64,000 bases of DNA from a virus (lineage: Duplodnaviria; Caudoviricetes). The stretch is taken from positions 160,001 to 224,000 of the IMG/VR virus record IMGVR_UViG_3300044852_000015. One strand, 5' to 3'. The notes under the pieces are model-generated. The model saw only the letters and a list, made by a program, of their open reading frames with translations, was not told the DNA's origin and did no database searches. The position numbers and the translations under genes were made by a program. Shown here in pieces: positions 23,733 through 35,118 of the stretch. Within the stretch, counting starts at the first letter, position 1; every line of letters starts with the position of its first letter.

Positions 23733-24959
23733 ATGTCTTCTAGTATTAAGGAGGTCTTTAAGCGACAGCTCTCAGACCTTGAGCTTGACAGCAAGCTCGT
23801 TAAACGTTTGTCCCACTTCAAGCACGCCTTCATCAACAAGAACGACGATCACATCAAGTTCTTCGGCGGTAACTTGCTGGGTGTGGAAATTGTGCGGTAT
23901 CTACAAGCTGACCGTGATGAATGGTTCAGTGAAGTCCTCGACGTGGATGACGTATCCCTGACTGAGAACCTCTACTCGCTGGAGTGTATCAACGAGGAAT
24001 ACAAGCGTACCTCCGATGTGGTGAACTTGACCAGCATCTGGTTACTCCACGCTCTTTACAACTCCAACAAGCTTAGCTCTTCTGAGAAAGAGAAAGCAAT
24101 GATCGACGTGGTGTATATGTTGCAGGTGAAGTTTATCACCAGTATCTTTGCCCACTACTTTAAGTTCCCTGCCGATAAAGAGATTGCTCAAGCGGTCTAC
24201 GAGTCCTTGAGCCGTAAGTACGCCCTCAAGCAAGCCGGGAGCTGGAACGCTTTGTTTACCGAACGTTCCAAAGACGTGATCGGTCACCAGAGTATTCACT
24301 TGAAGACCATCCAGCGGTTCGACGACGATGACGCGATCTTGTACATGATCACTGACATCCAAGGTCGTATCCGTGAAGTGGTCAAGAAGATGTACGCGGT
24401 GCTGATTCAGATGCGGGACAATAAAGACCGTATCTCCAGCACGTCCAGTGTGGGTCTCACGACTGACGGTGAAGCGATCCTCAAAGACCGCCAGCGTAGC
24501 TTCTCGACGTACAAGCGTTACATCCACAGTATCATCCCCGACCGACAAACGTTTATCCGGGATGAAGTGGTGTCTGTTATTACAGATGCCATGCACACTA
24601 TGTCCCCGAAGTTATTTATCGACGTGCTCGAACACTGTAGCGCAAACTACGGTAAAGCGGCCCACGCTGAGATCGGTGACCTGTGTGATGAAACGCTACT
24701 CCATGCTTTTGAGTTCTTGTCCACCAACCGTGCGTTGTTGCGTAACCAAGGTGACCTGAGCAAACTGTTGACCCGTCTGCGTTCGCTGTATATGGCGTCT
24801 CGTATGGTTGACCCTTCCTTGCTGAAGATGCGTGACTTGGCAGACTCCATTGTGGCCAAAGCTTCGATCAGTAAGAACAAAGCCATGCAAGCCAGTCTCC
24901 GTACCGGCCTGGAGTTGTACATCGTCCTACGTACCTTTACCATGAACTACTACTCGTGA
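23733..24959 (+). CDS. Conserved phiKZ-like virion structural protein
   Basis: ~408-aa ORF with GAGG RBS; next to the terminase/tail block. Confidence 0.7.
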   Translation: MSSSIKEVFKRQLSDLELDSKLVKRLSHFKHAFINKNDDHIKFFGGNLLGVEIVRYLQADRDEWFSEVLDVDDVSLTENLYSLECINEEYKRTSDVVNLTSIWLLHALYNSNKLSSSEKEKAMIDVVYMLQVKFITSIFAHYFKFPADKEIAQAVYESLSRKYALKQAGSWNALFTERSKDVIGHQSIHLKTIQRFDDDDAILYMITDIQGRIREVVKKMYAVLIQMRDNKDRISSTSSVGLTTDGEAILKDRQRSFSTYKRYIHSIIPDRQTFIRDEVVSVITDAMHTMSPKLFIDVLEHCSANYGKAAHAEIGDLCDETLLHAFEFLSTNRALLRNQGDLSKLLTRLRSLYMASRMVDPSLLKMRDLADSIVAKASISKNKAMQASLRTGLELYIVLRTFTMNYYS

Positions 24960-24966
24960 GGCCGTA

Positions 24967-25335
24967 ATGTTGAGAATCGCCAAGGCACTTGGAACCCAGT
25001 TCAATTCGGAATCGTCGCAAACGATGCTGTTGATGGATCGTCTCCCACATGGTGCTGAACTTCGACGTTTGATGAAGTACAGTAAGCTGGTGATCAAGCG
25101 GCGTCGTAAGACCGAAGAAGTTTCATTGTTCTGGTACAGTAACATCAAGGTGTCTTGGCACATTGACTACTTCGTGGTTCACTACCTCAAAGATGGTCGG
25201 TTCTTGAGTTACTCTAAACGAGAACACAATGGTCAGATGTCCCTCGACACAATGGAATCGCTGTATCTGGAATCCCTTGAAGTCGTCAGGAGGCAATTGA
25301 AATCGGAAGGGGAATGTCCTTCTGGTTGTTGTTAA
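24967..25335 (+). CDS. Hypothetical protein
   Basis: 122-aa ORF with GAGG RBS; ends at a terminator. Confidence 0.65.
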   Translation: MLRIAKALGTQFNSESSQTMLLMDRLPHGAELRRLMKYSKLVIKRRRKTEEVSLFWYSNIKVSWHIDYFVVHYLKDGRFLSYSKREHNGQMSLDTMESLYLESLEVVRRQLKSEGECPSGCC

Positions 25336-25375
25336 GCGCATAACGAGGGAGGCCCTGGGCCTCCCTCTATGCCGT
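25336..25375. terminator. Bidirectional GCATA...TATGCCG terminator
   Basis: GAGGGAGGCC/GGCCTCCCTC between convergent genes. Confidence 0.85.
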
Positions 25376-27586
25376 CTATCGACGCATCAGTGCTTGCCAG
25401 TGACTGGTATCACGTTTGGTCGAGCTACCACCCCAGTTGATTCCCTTCTGGAAGAAATCACTTTGAGTGAGTCGCTGAGACTTCTGGTTACGAGCCTGTC
25501 GTTCATCAGCCGCACGTTTGATCAAGGAGTCCATGTTAGTGATCTCCTCCACGTCTTCCGTGACCCGTGTACTCAAGAACCGTAGACGAGCCTCACACTT
25601 AGTCACAGTGAAGGTGTCATTGGCGTCACTGAGTTGTTCGTAGAGGTCATCAATCTCCTTGCGGAACAACTTCTGTACCTGTCGCTCGTAGATCTCTTCC
25701 TGAGTCATCTGCTTGCTGTTGTCACTGACCCCAATCATTACCTGACTGCGGTCGATACCATAGAACTCGAGGTTCTTCCCGATCGTGAGCAACCAGTTAG
25801 CCAACAACCACGCGACTACCGTGTCATCGTGTCCAGAGGCTTCGTGGTCAATCCGCCCTCGTTTCACTACCAACGCTCGGATCTCTCCTGACAGCACCTT
25901 GTCCCTTACCAGATGTCCTGCCTTCTTCGCCGCGTTCTGCAACACAGTGGAGTAGAGAGTCATACGTGATTCAGCCGAGGTGTTGAAACCAAAGTACTTC
26001 TTGGTCGTGTCGTAGAAACTAGTCGTACGACTGGTCGCCGGTTTGGAGATCTCTTTGAACAGATCCGGCTTCTCGTTAGCTTCGTCCACAATGCGGTTGA
26101 AGATACGGCGGAATGGATCAATCCCGTGCTTAGGCAGAATCATCAACAGGGCGTCAACGATCATCTGGCCAGTCGACTTCTTCTCAGGGATCAAGGTGAG
26201 GTTAGGGTACTTAACCATGATCTCAGCCAGAGCGTTCGAGAAGCGGATCAAGTTGGTTTCGTTAACAGTGAACGCACCGACTACCGACAGATCCCGTGCA
26301 GAGATAATCACGCCCGCAATGGCATCTCGACCCACGGCTTCTGAAGTATCAAGACCGAGGATAAACGTGTCGTTGCGTTTGGCCACTTCCAGTTCTTGTT
26401 CGTCGAGGTACCAACGGATGCAGTACAGCTCTTTGGTGATCTCGGTGTACTTGACATCTCGAATAGAGTCGCGGATCTTTTCGTTGAGTGCAGGAGTGAG
26501 TGGGGAACTCTGAGTACCCGAAGTCCATACGTTGAAGAAGTCACGGTCAGCCGCCTCACCAAACGAGGAAGCCTGTGCCATCGCTTCGTACAGCCATTCA
26601 TCCGTGTAACCCAACTGACGGTGACTGAAGGTAGCGTTGATCATCAACTTACGTCCAGCGCAGTTGACTTTCACCATTTGCTTCAGGGCATCAATGTCCG
26701 TGCAGTCATAGAACAACTCAGTCCACGAAGCCGCACCGTGAATCATGTCGTACATGAACTTACCGTCCCGGTCATCCTTCTTACCGGCGGTTGTGGTAAA
26801 GATGTTGCCGTGTGGTCGACCGTATTGCTTGGCCTCAGCACGAGCGGTGGTAGCAGCAGCCAGTGCAGCAGGCAGCGTGGTACCGATGTGGTTAATGAAG
26901 GGACCTTCGTCGATGTGGGTAATAGGTGCAGTCAGACCACGACCCAAGTTGTTTGCAGTGGACTCAGAGTTTTGTGCCACACCAGTGGTGTACTGGTTAT
27001 CGTGAGTCTTACAAGTCACTTCGAATTGGTTGTCAGAGTCATCCCGGTGTTTAGGCACCAAGTACTGCGGCAACAGGTCACGCAGTTTCTTGATACGCTC
27101 AACGTTCTTCTTACGCAGCCCGTCGTCCTTCGTGATCATGTTGATGATGGAGTTACCAGCACCAATGAACAGAAGCCACAACATCACACAGTCAGTAGAC
27201 ACTGACTTACCGGTCTGTCGTGGTTGGATCAACGCGATGTCGATACTGTTTAAGAAGGCCCACGTAATCGCGATGTTGCCCCGGTTAGCTTTGTACTGGA
27301 TCGGGTTAGGACCAGACACCGGGGGAATGCGTACGACTTCACGCAGGAAGTACCAGATGTTGTAACGGCACTCAATACCGATAGCGATCTTGGTCGCATC
27401 AGAGAGAATGGCGGAATGTGGATCGACCCCTTTAAGGTCTTGGTTAATCAGTGCGAGTGGAAAATATCGGTTCTGGATCTTCATCTCCCCATACAGGGAA
27501 ACCAGTCGTAGAAAGGATTCGTTCTTGGTATCGAAGTCCGGTCTAGCTGTCGTGAACCGATTCCAATCTTTGGCAAATAGAATCAT
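25376..27586 (-). CDS. terL: Terminase large subunit
   Basis: Walker A PRQTGKS, Walker B HIDEG, TTTAG coupling motif, nuclease LGLDTS and HDD; likely start MILFAKDW. Confidence 0.92.
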   Translation of the reverse strand: MILFAKDWNRFTTARPDFDTKNESFLRLVSLYGEMKIQNRYFPLALINQDLKGVDPHSAILSDATKIAIGIECRYNIWYFLREVVRIPPVSGPNPIQYKANRGNIAITWAFLNSIDIALIQPRQTGKSVSTDCVMLWLLFIGAGNSIINMITKDDGLRKKNVERIKKLRDLLPQYLVPKHRDDSDNQFEVTCKTHDNQYTTGVAQNSESTANNLGRGLTAPITHIDEGPFINHIGTTLPAALAAATTARAEAKQYGRPHGNIFTTTAGKKDDRDGKFMYDMIHGAASWTELFYDCTDIDALKQMVKVNCAGRKLMINATFSHRQLGYTDEWLYEAMAQASSFGEAADRDFFNVWTSGTQSSPLTPALNEKIRDSIRDVKYTEITKELYCIRWYLDEQELEVAKRNDTFILGLDTSEAVGRDAIAGVIISARDLSVVGAFTVNETNLIRFSNALAEIMVKYPNLTLIPEKKSTGQMIVDALLMILPKHGIDPFRRIFNRIVDEANEKPDLFKEISKPATSRTTSFYDTTKKYFGFNTSAESRMTLYSTVLQNAAKKAGHLVRDKVLSGEIRALVVKRGRIDHEASGHDDTVVAWLLANWLLTIGKNLEFYGIDRSQVMIGVSDNSKQMTQEEIYERQVQKLFRKEIDDLYEQLSDANDTFTVTKCEARLRFLSTRVTEDVEEITNMDSLIKRAADERQARNQKSQRLTQSDFFQKGINWGGSSTKRDTSHWQALMRR

Positions 27587-27632
27587 AAGGGAACCCGTGG
27601 GTATAGGGAAGTATTCATAGGTATACTCCACA

Positions 27633-27665
27633 GGGCATAAACGGAGGCCGAAGCCTCCGCCTATA
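27633..27665 (-). terminator. TTATGCC-class terminator
   Basis: CGGAGGC-TTCG-GCCTCCG then TTTATGCCC. Confidence 0.8.
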
Positions 27666-27671
27666 CTTACA

Positions 27672-29360
27672 TCACGCTGAAGCGTCTACTTGCAGGGTAA
27701 TCATGCCGCCGATACCCAACTGGAGATCGCCTTCTGGTAGTCGACGGATGAAGCGAATGAACAACGGTTCGCCATCTGCCGGTACTGAAGGAACCAGCAA
27801 TTCAGTGTTCCAACGGTCGATCGGGTAGGTGTACTCGTTAGTACCGATCATCAACACGAAGTGGTTAGGCTCCGGTGCACGGTTCTCGGACTGAGTATTG
27901 ACCAACGGTTCGGCGTTGTAGAACACTTTCTGGAGCCAGGTCGATTGTAGTTCGAGACCGCAGTCTACCTTCAGCTTCCAGTTGTTGACGTTCACGAACG
28001 TGGAAATGGCCCGCAGACCTTTACCATACAGCTCCACTTGACCGGGGCTGTACTCGATGTTCCAACCGTTACTGATCACGTTACCCGGAGCCAAGAGCGC
28101 AATGCCGACTCGTTGGGAATGACGCCAGTTACTGTAGCTGGAGTTGAGTTCGTTCATGTTGATACCGACGTCTACTCGCTGGATCGGACCGTAAGAGGTC
28201 GGATCGAACGGAGCCGAGTTCACACCGAAGGTAACCAACGACGTCACTTCGAGGAACTCTGAACGGTTCAGGTTGAACAGGAACCAGCGCAGCTTGTAGC
28301 CCAGGACTGCATCTACCCACTGAGGGAAACAGAACAGCTTGACCGAGTACGCCCCATCGAGACGAGTAGTGGTTGCCCAATACGGCTCCGACAAGTGTTT
28401 CTGCAAGCTCGCTGAAGCCCCGTAGACGTATTCGTCAGACGAGAGCTTGTACGACAAGGCCAACTCGATCTTCTGCCCCACAATCGAAGCAATGAAGTTC
28501 TGGAGGCCATACAGGTTGAACTTAGTGCCATCAACCGGCATGATCTTCTTCGAGCCGTCACTGTAGGTCACAACACCACGAGCATTGAGTGCTTCGACCG
28601 GCATGTTGATAGCGAACTTCAACAGACTGTCATCGCCTTCCGAGATAAACGGAGACTCGAGGTGGATGCTGGTGATGAACTTCTTCGACGCGTCCGTAGT
28701 ACGGATAAACGACGTGTTCATGATCAACAGCTTAGCGATCGAGGTCACGTTGCCGACATCGTCGTACATCACGACGGTTACGACTTCGTTATCAGGAAGC
28801 TTCTGACTGGTGTAACCAACCATCGGGGTTTTCACCGCGTAGTTGATTGCCGACGGAACGCCCGACTGTGGGTTGTTCGGCATCTGTACCAGTTCGAGTG
28901 GGATGTTCTCTCCCAACAAAGTACCACCTTGGTCATACATCGCCGAGATGACTTTGGACTCGTCACTGATGTCAGTGCCCCAGAACACTTTGATAGCCGA
29001 CACGCTGGTACCGTAAACACGCAGACGCGAGTCAACAGCCAACACGTGAGGGATCACCGAGGTGTCCAGATACACACGGTAGGACTCGGACTGGTAGCCA
29101 GGACCCACACCCAGAAGGATGTCTTCCTCGGATACAGACTCACCAACGTTTGGTGGAATGTACTGAACCAGTTGGCTCAAACCAGTGGATAGGTTAGTAG
29201 CAACACAACGCCACAGACCTGTGTCCCAATCCCAGACTTCGTCGTTTACGTTGGGGACGTAGCGACCGGTACCAGAAGGCCCCGTATAAATTTCATGCTT
29301 TTGCCACCGTGTGGGACCCCGGTTGGGATCGCTAACGGGGATAATAGCCACATCACTCAT
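27672..29360 (-). CDS. Virion structural protein (phiKZ gp26-like by synteny)
   Basis: ~562-aa beta-rich ORF in the terminase-sheath block. Confidence 0.7.
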   Translation of the reverse strand: MSDVAIIPVSDPNRGPTRWQKHEIYTGPSGTGRYVPNVNDEVWDWDTGLWRCVATNLSTGLSQLVQYIPPNVGESVSEEDILLGVGPGYQSESYRVYLDTSVIPHVLAVDSRLRVYGTSVSAIKVFWGTDISDESKVISAMYDQGGTLLGENIPLELVQMPNNPQSGVPSAINYAVKTPMVGYTSQKLPDNEVVTVVMYDDVGNVTSIAKLLIMNTSFIRTTDASKKFITSIHLESPFISEGDDSLLKFAINMPVEALNARGVVTYSDGSKKIMPVDGTKFNLYGLQNFIASIVGQKIELALSYKLSSDEYVYGASASLQKHLSEPYWATTTRLDGAYSVKLFCFPQWVDAVLGYKLRWFLFNLNRSEFLEVTSLVTFGVNSAPFDPTSYGPIQRVDVGINMNELNSSYSNWRHSQRVGIALLAPGNVISNGWNIEYSPGQVELYGKGLRAISTFVNVNNWKLKVDCGLELQSTWLQKVFYNAEPLVNTQSENRAPEPNHFVLMIGTNEYTYPIDRWNTELLVPSVPADGEPLFIRFIRRLPEGDLQLGIGGMITLQVDASA

Positions 29361-29362
29361 GG

Positions 29363-31933
29363 TTAGACCCATCCGTCTTTAATAGAGACAAAGTGACTGA
29401 TGTCAACTTTGGACTCAAGGTAGAAGGCAATAGCCCGGTTCAGGAAGTTGTACTGGTAGATGTTCAACTCCACTTCGTACGACAGGTGGTGAGGGTGGAT
29501 ACTCACGTAACGAGTGTCAACGCCTAGCTTGCACGGATCGAATGCTAGCAAGTACTCGTAGTCAGCCAACCACCGCTTGATGTCCATATCACCGTAGTAC
29601 GCAGTCATCTGTTCGTCCCAGATCGCGCCATTGATCAGGTCAAACATCACCTTGCACGCAAACGGGCTAAACACCTCGTAACGCTCTGGGATGATATTTG
29701 GCACAGTGATCACAAGCTCTGGTAACTTCAGAGTCATGTAGTCGGAGAGGGCTTGGTCGATAACCCGAGACTTATTACGCAGCGAGTACGTATTCTCGTC
29801 TACCAGATTGCGCAATGGAACCACTACGTCATCAATCAGGTACGGACTACCGTTCTTCACGACATCAGTCAGATACACCCCACTATGATCCTCGGCGAAC
29901 TCAAGCTTGTCACGAGTCAGGGTTTTACCACGAACGATCATCCGCATGACTTTGTCGTCACGAATGTCGAAGCGTTTGTTACGACTGAGCAAACCGTTTT
30001 CAATGAACCCGAATTCAGCCGGTGGTTCCATTGACATGTCGTCATCCGGGAAGCCAGTCACTCGCACCACGATTTGTTGCGTGTCACCTTCCACGAGGAA
30101 CTCGCGGTTAGTCAACGTCACAAAGGGCCAGTTCAGGTAATAGTCCAACCCTTCGATCAGGGCGTGACGATTCATGAACAATTCTAGCTTGCCCATCTTG
30201 AGGTTCATGTCTTGCTTGTAGTAGTTCCCGTCACTGCGTCGCTCAGACACTTGAATGGGGAAGTAATACAACCCGTCTGGTGCAGTGATGTCCTGACTGT
30301 AGGTTACGAACTTACGGTCGTCTCGAACAGCCGTGTACCAGTTGACGCGGTCCAGCAACCAAACAACCTTGTCATCCACGAAGCCGTAGTCCACACCCTC
30401 AACCGCCGACACCCAGTTATACGACGGCGTACCAGCCACCATCGAACACTTGTAGTACCGGTAGTTGTAAACTGGGTCGATCGTGCTTTGTGCAGCGTTG
30501 TAGATCGTTTCAAGGCTATCTGAAGCAATCCCCACCAGAGCTTCGATCAAACGACACTCTTTGTTACGGGGGTTGTAGTATACCCCCGTGGTATGTGGGT
30601 AGTAGCCCAACAGTAAACCGTCCGCATCAAACTCGTAACAGGTCGACGCATTCTGCAAAGCAAAAGGCATCTTCACGAAACTGTCGTTAGCCAGAATCGT
30701 TACGGGTTGTGGCGTGTCGGCCACCAGTTTACTGATCGCGTTGTAACCGTAGGCCTTCTGCACCATCTCACGAGTGATACCAGGTCCTAGGTCGCGCATC
30801 ACCTTGGGATACATTGCTGCTTCCAAGTTGTCTGCACGCCAAACGTCCACAGTCGACTCAACCCCGAGCATGGCTTTAGGGATGTCAGTCAACGGGAGTT
30901 TGTACAACTCCTTAATGCGGGAGTTCTCATTCACCAATGGTCGTTTCCAACCAGACTCGCGAATGCACAGACGAACAGTGATGTCACCGGGATCTGACCA
31001 ACCAGGATGTGCTGCGACGAAACCAGCCACGTACGGCACTACAATCGAGTAGTCCTTGTGCGTAACCATTCGCATCGAGTCTTCCTGATTCTTGTGGTGG
31101 TACACACCCTCAAAGCGACCATTGGTCTCTTTCTTGATCAGATAGATGTCGATGTCATCACGGTAGTCAATCGTGTCCTGCTGTGCGTCTGGGTAGTGAA
31201 GCAAGTACTTACGCTTCTCATCCACCAGACTCACAAACGTTTCAAGGTCACTGATCTTCAAGTCGACCACACGACGAATCGTGGAATCGTAAACGTACTC
31301 GATCACGTCCCCAACCTTAAAGCGGTCAGGTTGGAAGTCATCAATCAGGTAGCCGTTCTTGTAAGCAAAGGTGTAACCGGTCTTTGCTCTCAACGCTTGA
31401 TACGCACGTTGATAGTTCAGCAGCTTCGCACGGTCGCCATCGTAGGTGTACCCGTTAATCAAAACGGTGTTCTCGATGTTGTACGAACGCTCAGAAGCAA
31501 AGTAGGCGTTGGAGTAGACCCGGAAGAACACGGGCTGGTTGTACAGGCTATCAAACTGCTCGTTACGCTTAATGGCGATCACGAGGTTTCGATCACCCAT
31601 CACTTGGAGATACGCCAAGTGGCGAGGAATCTGAACACCGTCGATGTTGTAGAGATCCACCATCATCTTGGCCTTGTTACAGACTTCAGAGAACGGCGTC
31701 CAAGTCTTCCACGAGTTCAACAACCCGAGGAGCTTAGGATGGATCTGTCCAATCCAGTAAACGTTAAACAGGTTAGTGCGGTCTGGCAACACGATGGTCT
31801 GCCATTCCACATCAACCAAACGAGAGATTCCGTAAGGCCCAGTGATGTGAGCCAAACGGTAGATGTATTGATAGTCCTGATCGGGAGTGCACCAGACATT
31901 GTCTAGCGCGTGCTCAATCAAGAAATCAGACAT
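29363..31933 (-). CDS. Virion structural protein (phiKZ gp27-like by synteny)
   Basis: 856-aa ORF with N-terminal NVWCTPDQD; syntenic position. Confidence 0.75.
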   Translation of the reverse strand: MSDFLIEHALDNVWCTPDQDYQYIYRLAHITGPYGISRLVDVEWQTIVLPDRTNLFNVYWIGQIHPKLLGLLNSWKTWTPFSEVCNKAKMMVDLYNIDGVQIPRHLAYLQVMGDRNLVIAIKRNEQFDSLYNQPVFFRVYSNAYFASERSYNIENTVLINGYTYDGDRAKLLNYQRAYQALRAKTGYTFAYKNGYLIDDFQPDRFKVGDVIEYVYDSTIRRVVDLKISDLETFVSLVDEKRKYLLHYPDAQQDTIDYRDDIDIYLIKKETNGRFEGVYHHKNQEDSMRMVTHKDYSIVVPYVAGFVAAHPGWSDPGDITVRLCIRESGWKRPLVNENSRIKELYKLPLTDIPKAMLGVESTVDVWRADNLEAAMYPKVMRDLGPGITREMVQKAYGYNAISKLVADTPQPVTILANDSFVKMPFALQNASTCYEFDADGLLLGYYPHTTGVYYNPRNKECRLIEALVGIASDSLETIYNAAQSTIDPVYNYRYYKCSMVAGTPSYNWVSAVEGVDYGFVDDKVVWLLDRVNWYTAVRDDRKFVTYSQDITAPDGLYYFPIQVSERRSDGNYYKQDMNLKMGKLELFMNRHALIEGLDYYLNWPFVTLTNREFLVEGDTQQIVVRVTGFPDDDMSMEPPAEFGFIENGLLSRNKRFDIRDDKVMRMIVRGKTLTRDKLEFAEDHSGVYLTDVVKNGSPYLIDDVVVPLRNLVDENTYSLRNKSRVIDQALSDYMTLKLPELVITVPNIIPERYEVFSPFACKVMFDLINGAIWDEQMTAYYGDMDIKRWLADYEYLLAFDPCKLGVDTRYVSIHPHHLSYEVELNIYQYNFLNRAIAFYLESKVDISHFVSIKDGWV

Positions 31934-32837
31934 TCAGAGCCTCGATAAGACGTGAAGTGTTCAGGAGGAAACTCTTCCCGGCGTTGTTACGATCGGACGC
32001 TTGAACGATCTTGGCAATACCAGAGTTCCGGTAGCTACGGTCGAGCAACGACATGTAAACCATCCCCAAGAAAGTAGGGAGGTGTTCCAGTGCCACGGCC
32101 ATGGTTTCTTTCTGGTTCAGACCGAACCAACCACCGCCAACAATAGCGAACAGCAGAGGAACGTTGAGGTTCTCAGCCCGCTTGTTGTTAAGCACTTCAC
32201 GGACAACTTGAACGAAGTCTTCTGGACCGTCCATGTGACGCAAGGTGGCAGCATGGTCGAACACCACGTCCGCAGGAATGCGAGTCGCTCGTGCTACTTT
32301 CAACGCGATCTTTTGCAGTTCACGTTCGTCGATCTCACCGGCTGGTCGGAACATGCAGGCGTAATAAACAGCCGCTACCATGGTGATCAACATTTGTTCT
32401 TGTGGAGAGAACGCCAGACGCTTGGTGATGTTCTCACCGAGGTAACGGGCGAACACAGTCATCGGTAAGTCACCGAGACCCGCCATGTCTTCCACACCGT
32501 GACGTTGGGCATAAACAGTCAACGCAGCTCGCACGACGTTGAAGTTGTACTCACCCATGTTACTGATGCTCAACTCTTCGCCTTTGCGACCACGAGTGTA
32601 GCCACGAACATCGAGGATCACCAGCTCACTACCGTCACGCGTTTTGAAGAACAACGGGTGGGCAAAGCCTGGGATCTCTTTGTTTTCTGGACTCACGCCC
32701 CAGACACAGGGTACGTATTTACCATTCATCTTGAGAGGTTGGATCTCGCCTTCAATTTCAGCGAGGGCCAGAGCCTTTCTGATGCTGTCCATCTGGTACC
32801 CAGCACAGGGTTTTGTTTCATACGGTGAGATCTTCAT
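31926..32837 (-). CDS. Conserved protein (phiKZ gp28-like by synteny)
   Basis: 303-aa ORF divergent from the sheath gene. Confidence 0.7.
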   Translation of the reverse strand: MKISPYETKPCAGYQMDSIRKALALAEIEGEIQPLKMNGKYVPCVWGVSPENKEIPGFAHPLFFKTRDGSELVILDVRGYTRGRKGEELSISNMGEYNFNVVRAALTVYAQRHGVEDMAGLGDLPMTVFARYLGENITKRLAFSPQEQMLITMVAAVYYACMFRPAGEIDERELQKIALKVARATRIPADVVFDHAATLRHMDGPEDFVQVVREVLNNKRAENLNVPLLFAIVGGGWFGLNQKETMAVALEHLPTFLGMVYMSLLDRSYRNSGIAKIVQASDRNNAGKSFLLNTSRLIEALNV

Positions 32838-33048
32838 TCGCTCAGGTCCCCAATGGAATGTAGGTGTAAAAGTTTACAAAACCGACATATGTACTTTAAT
32901 ACTTAGAATAGTATGATGTATTACATCGGTACGGTAACTATACCATTCAAGTCAATTCTCTCTCTAAAGGACCATGGCCTCTTAGGGATGAGAGACTGGG
33001 ATGGGTTCCCACAGCGGTAACTTAGATAGATCTATCACAGGAGCTGTT

Positions 33049-35118
33049 ATGATCAATATCAGAAACGCTGCTCCTCGCTCAATCCTGAAGGGCTTTAAAG
33101 ATGAGAGCGGTCGCGCTCCGGTTGTAGAACCGGAACAGCTTCCTTCTCACTTGGCGCACACGTTCATCTTTTCTGAACGCGGTCCGCTCTTGCCCCAACT
33201 GGTTGTCGGGGACAGCCTGACTACTACTTACGGTGCGAAATCTTTCGACTACCGTTCGAAGTTTGCCAACCACCAAACCGTGCTGGTCAACACCATCAAT
33301 GGCGAGGGCAACTCGCAGATGGTTCAACGTCTGGTTCCTGACGACGCCAAGACCGCTACACTGGTTCTCTGGCTCGACGTGGTTGCCGACGAAATCCCGC
33401 AATTCGAGCGTAACCTCGATCTGTCGTTCAAGCTTTCACCCTTGGGCGAACGCATTGCTGTTGCCGCAGGTGGCGCTCCCGTCAACGGGTACCGTGGCCG
33501 CTGGGTTGTAGAAGAACTCGAAGACGGTAAAACCCTGGGCGAACTGGATGCTAAAGTCGGCGAACTGACTTCGGTTAAAACCGGCACCCAGTCCCAGATG
33601 TACCCAATCCATGCGTTCACCGTGGCCTCCCCAGGCTCGTACGGTAACCTGGTTGGTATCCGTCTGTCTGCCCCAACCACCGAATCGTCTTCACCGATCG
33701 ACGACACCACCGTAGAAGAGGCGAAAGCCTACCTGTACCGGATCGCGATGGTTGAGCGTCCAGACGAGTTCTCTACCCCGAATGTGAAAGAAACACTTCA
33801 GGGTGAACAGTCGGTTGACTTCGCTTACAAGCCGGGCGTGATCAACTCCCGTACCGACAAGCTGGTGTCTGTTGAAGACATCTTGCTGCAATCGTGGAAC
33901 GCTCCGGCGATCAACGGTATCCCAGCAACTGTCGGCGTGATCGACGATCACCACGTTTACCACGAGAACATCGCAACTCTGCTGGCATTGTTCCAAGCCT
34001 CAGAAGAGCAGTTCGGTCTGATCTCGGATTCCGCAGACGACACGCACCTGTTCAACTTCGTGGGCGGCACCTCCATCAACAACGTTCCGTACTACTCGTT
34101 CGTCGTTGAAGGCCCGTCTACCGGTGGTGTGCTGTTGACCGAAACCTCCAGCCACTACGCTAAAGGTGGTGCTGACGGTACTCTGGACTTCGCAACCTTC
34201 GATACCCTCGTTGCTAACGCTACCGCCAACTACGGCGACCTGCCTGGCTTCGACTTCCTCGATACCGCGATCTACCCACAAAGCTGCATCTACGACACCG
34301 GTTTCACTCTGCCGACGAAGAAGAAGCTGCTGACTGTATTGGGTCGTCGTAAGGACATGTACGTTGTACTGTCTACCCAGGACGTGTCTGCCAAGCAGAA
34401 CACCCCGTCGGAAGAATCGAGCATCGCCGTCGCTCTGCGTACTGCGGCTCGCATGTATCCGGAATCGGAGATCTACGGTACGTCGGTTTGCCGTGCGATC
34501 GTGATCGGTCACTCTGGCTACCTGATCAACTCCCAATGGACCAAACTGACCCCGCTGACCATCGAGTTCGCGGCCAAGTCGGCTCGTTACATGGGTGCTG
34601 GCAATGGTATCTGGAAATCGGCTGCATCGTTCTCGATCTCCCCTGCCAACCAAGTCACCATGTTCCGCAACGTAAACGCCAGCTTCAAGAAAGTTGACGT
34701 CCGTTCGCAGGACTGGGAAAACGGTCTGGTATGGGTACAGAACTACGATCGCCGTAGCCTGTTCTTCCCTGCGTTCCAGACTGTCTATGATGACGACTCC
34801 TCGATCCTCAACAGCTTCTTCAACATGGCTGTGGGTGTTGAACTGGAGAAAGTTGCAGACCGCGCTTGGCGTGATCTGACCGGCATCGACGGACTGACTC
34901 CGGACCAGTTCATTGCTCGTTCCAACCGCATCATCAGTGAAAACGTTGCTGGCCGTTTCGACGGTCGTGTAGTGATCGAGGTGGAAACCATCTTGACTGC
35001 TGCCGATACCCAGCGCGGTTACTCCTGGTCGTGCAACATCATCATGTACGGTAACAACATGATGACCGTTGGTTCGTTCACCATCGTTGCCCGTCGTCGT
35101 GAGGACCTCGCACAATGA
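33049..35118 (+). CDS. Tail sheath protein (phiKZ gp29-like)
   Basis: ~689 aa; NAAP...G.KDES N-terminus, YDTGF, PES..YGT...RA; AGGAG RBS; followed by the tube gene. Confidence 0.88.
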   Translation: MINIRNAAPRSILKGFKDESGRAPVVEPEQLPSHLAHTFIFSERGPLLPQLVVGDSLTTTYGAKSFDYRSKFANHQTVLVNTINGEGNSQMVQRLVPDDAKTATLVLWLDVVADEIPQFERNLDLSFKLSPLGERIAVAAGGAPVNGYRGRWVVEELEDGKTLGELDAKVGELTSVKTGTQSQMYPIHAFTVASPGSYGNLVGIRLSAPTTESSSPIDDTTVEEAKAYLYRIAMVERPDEFSTPNVKETLQGEQSVDFAYKPGVINSRTDKLVSVEDILLQSWNAPAINGIPATVGVIDDHHVYHENIATLLALFQASEEQFGLISDSADDTHLFNFVGGTSINNVPYYSFVVEGPSTGGVLLTETSSHYAKGGADGTLDFATFDTLVANATANYGDLPGFDFLDTAIYPQSCIYDTGFTLPTKKKLLTVLGRRKDMYVVLSTQDVSAKQNTPSEESSIAVALRTAARMYPESEIYGTSVCRAIVIGHSGYLINSQWTKLTPLTIEFAAKSARYMGAGNGIWKSAASFSISPANQVTMFRNVNASFKKVDVRSQDWENGLVWVQNYDRRSLFFPAFQTVYDDDSSILNSFFNMAVGVELEKVADRAWRDLTGIDGLTPDQFIARSNRIISENVAGRFDGRVVIEVETILTAADTQRGYSWSCNIIMYGNNMMTVGSFTIVARRREDLAQ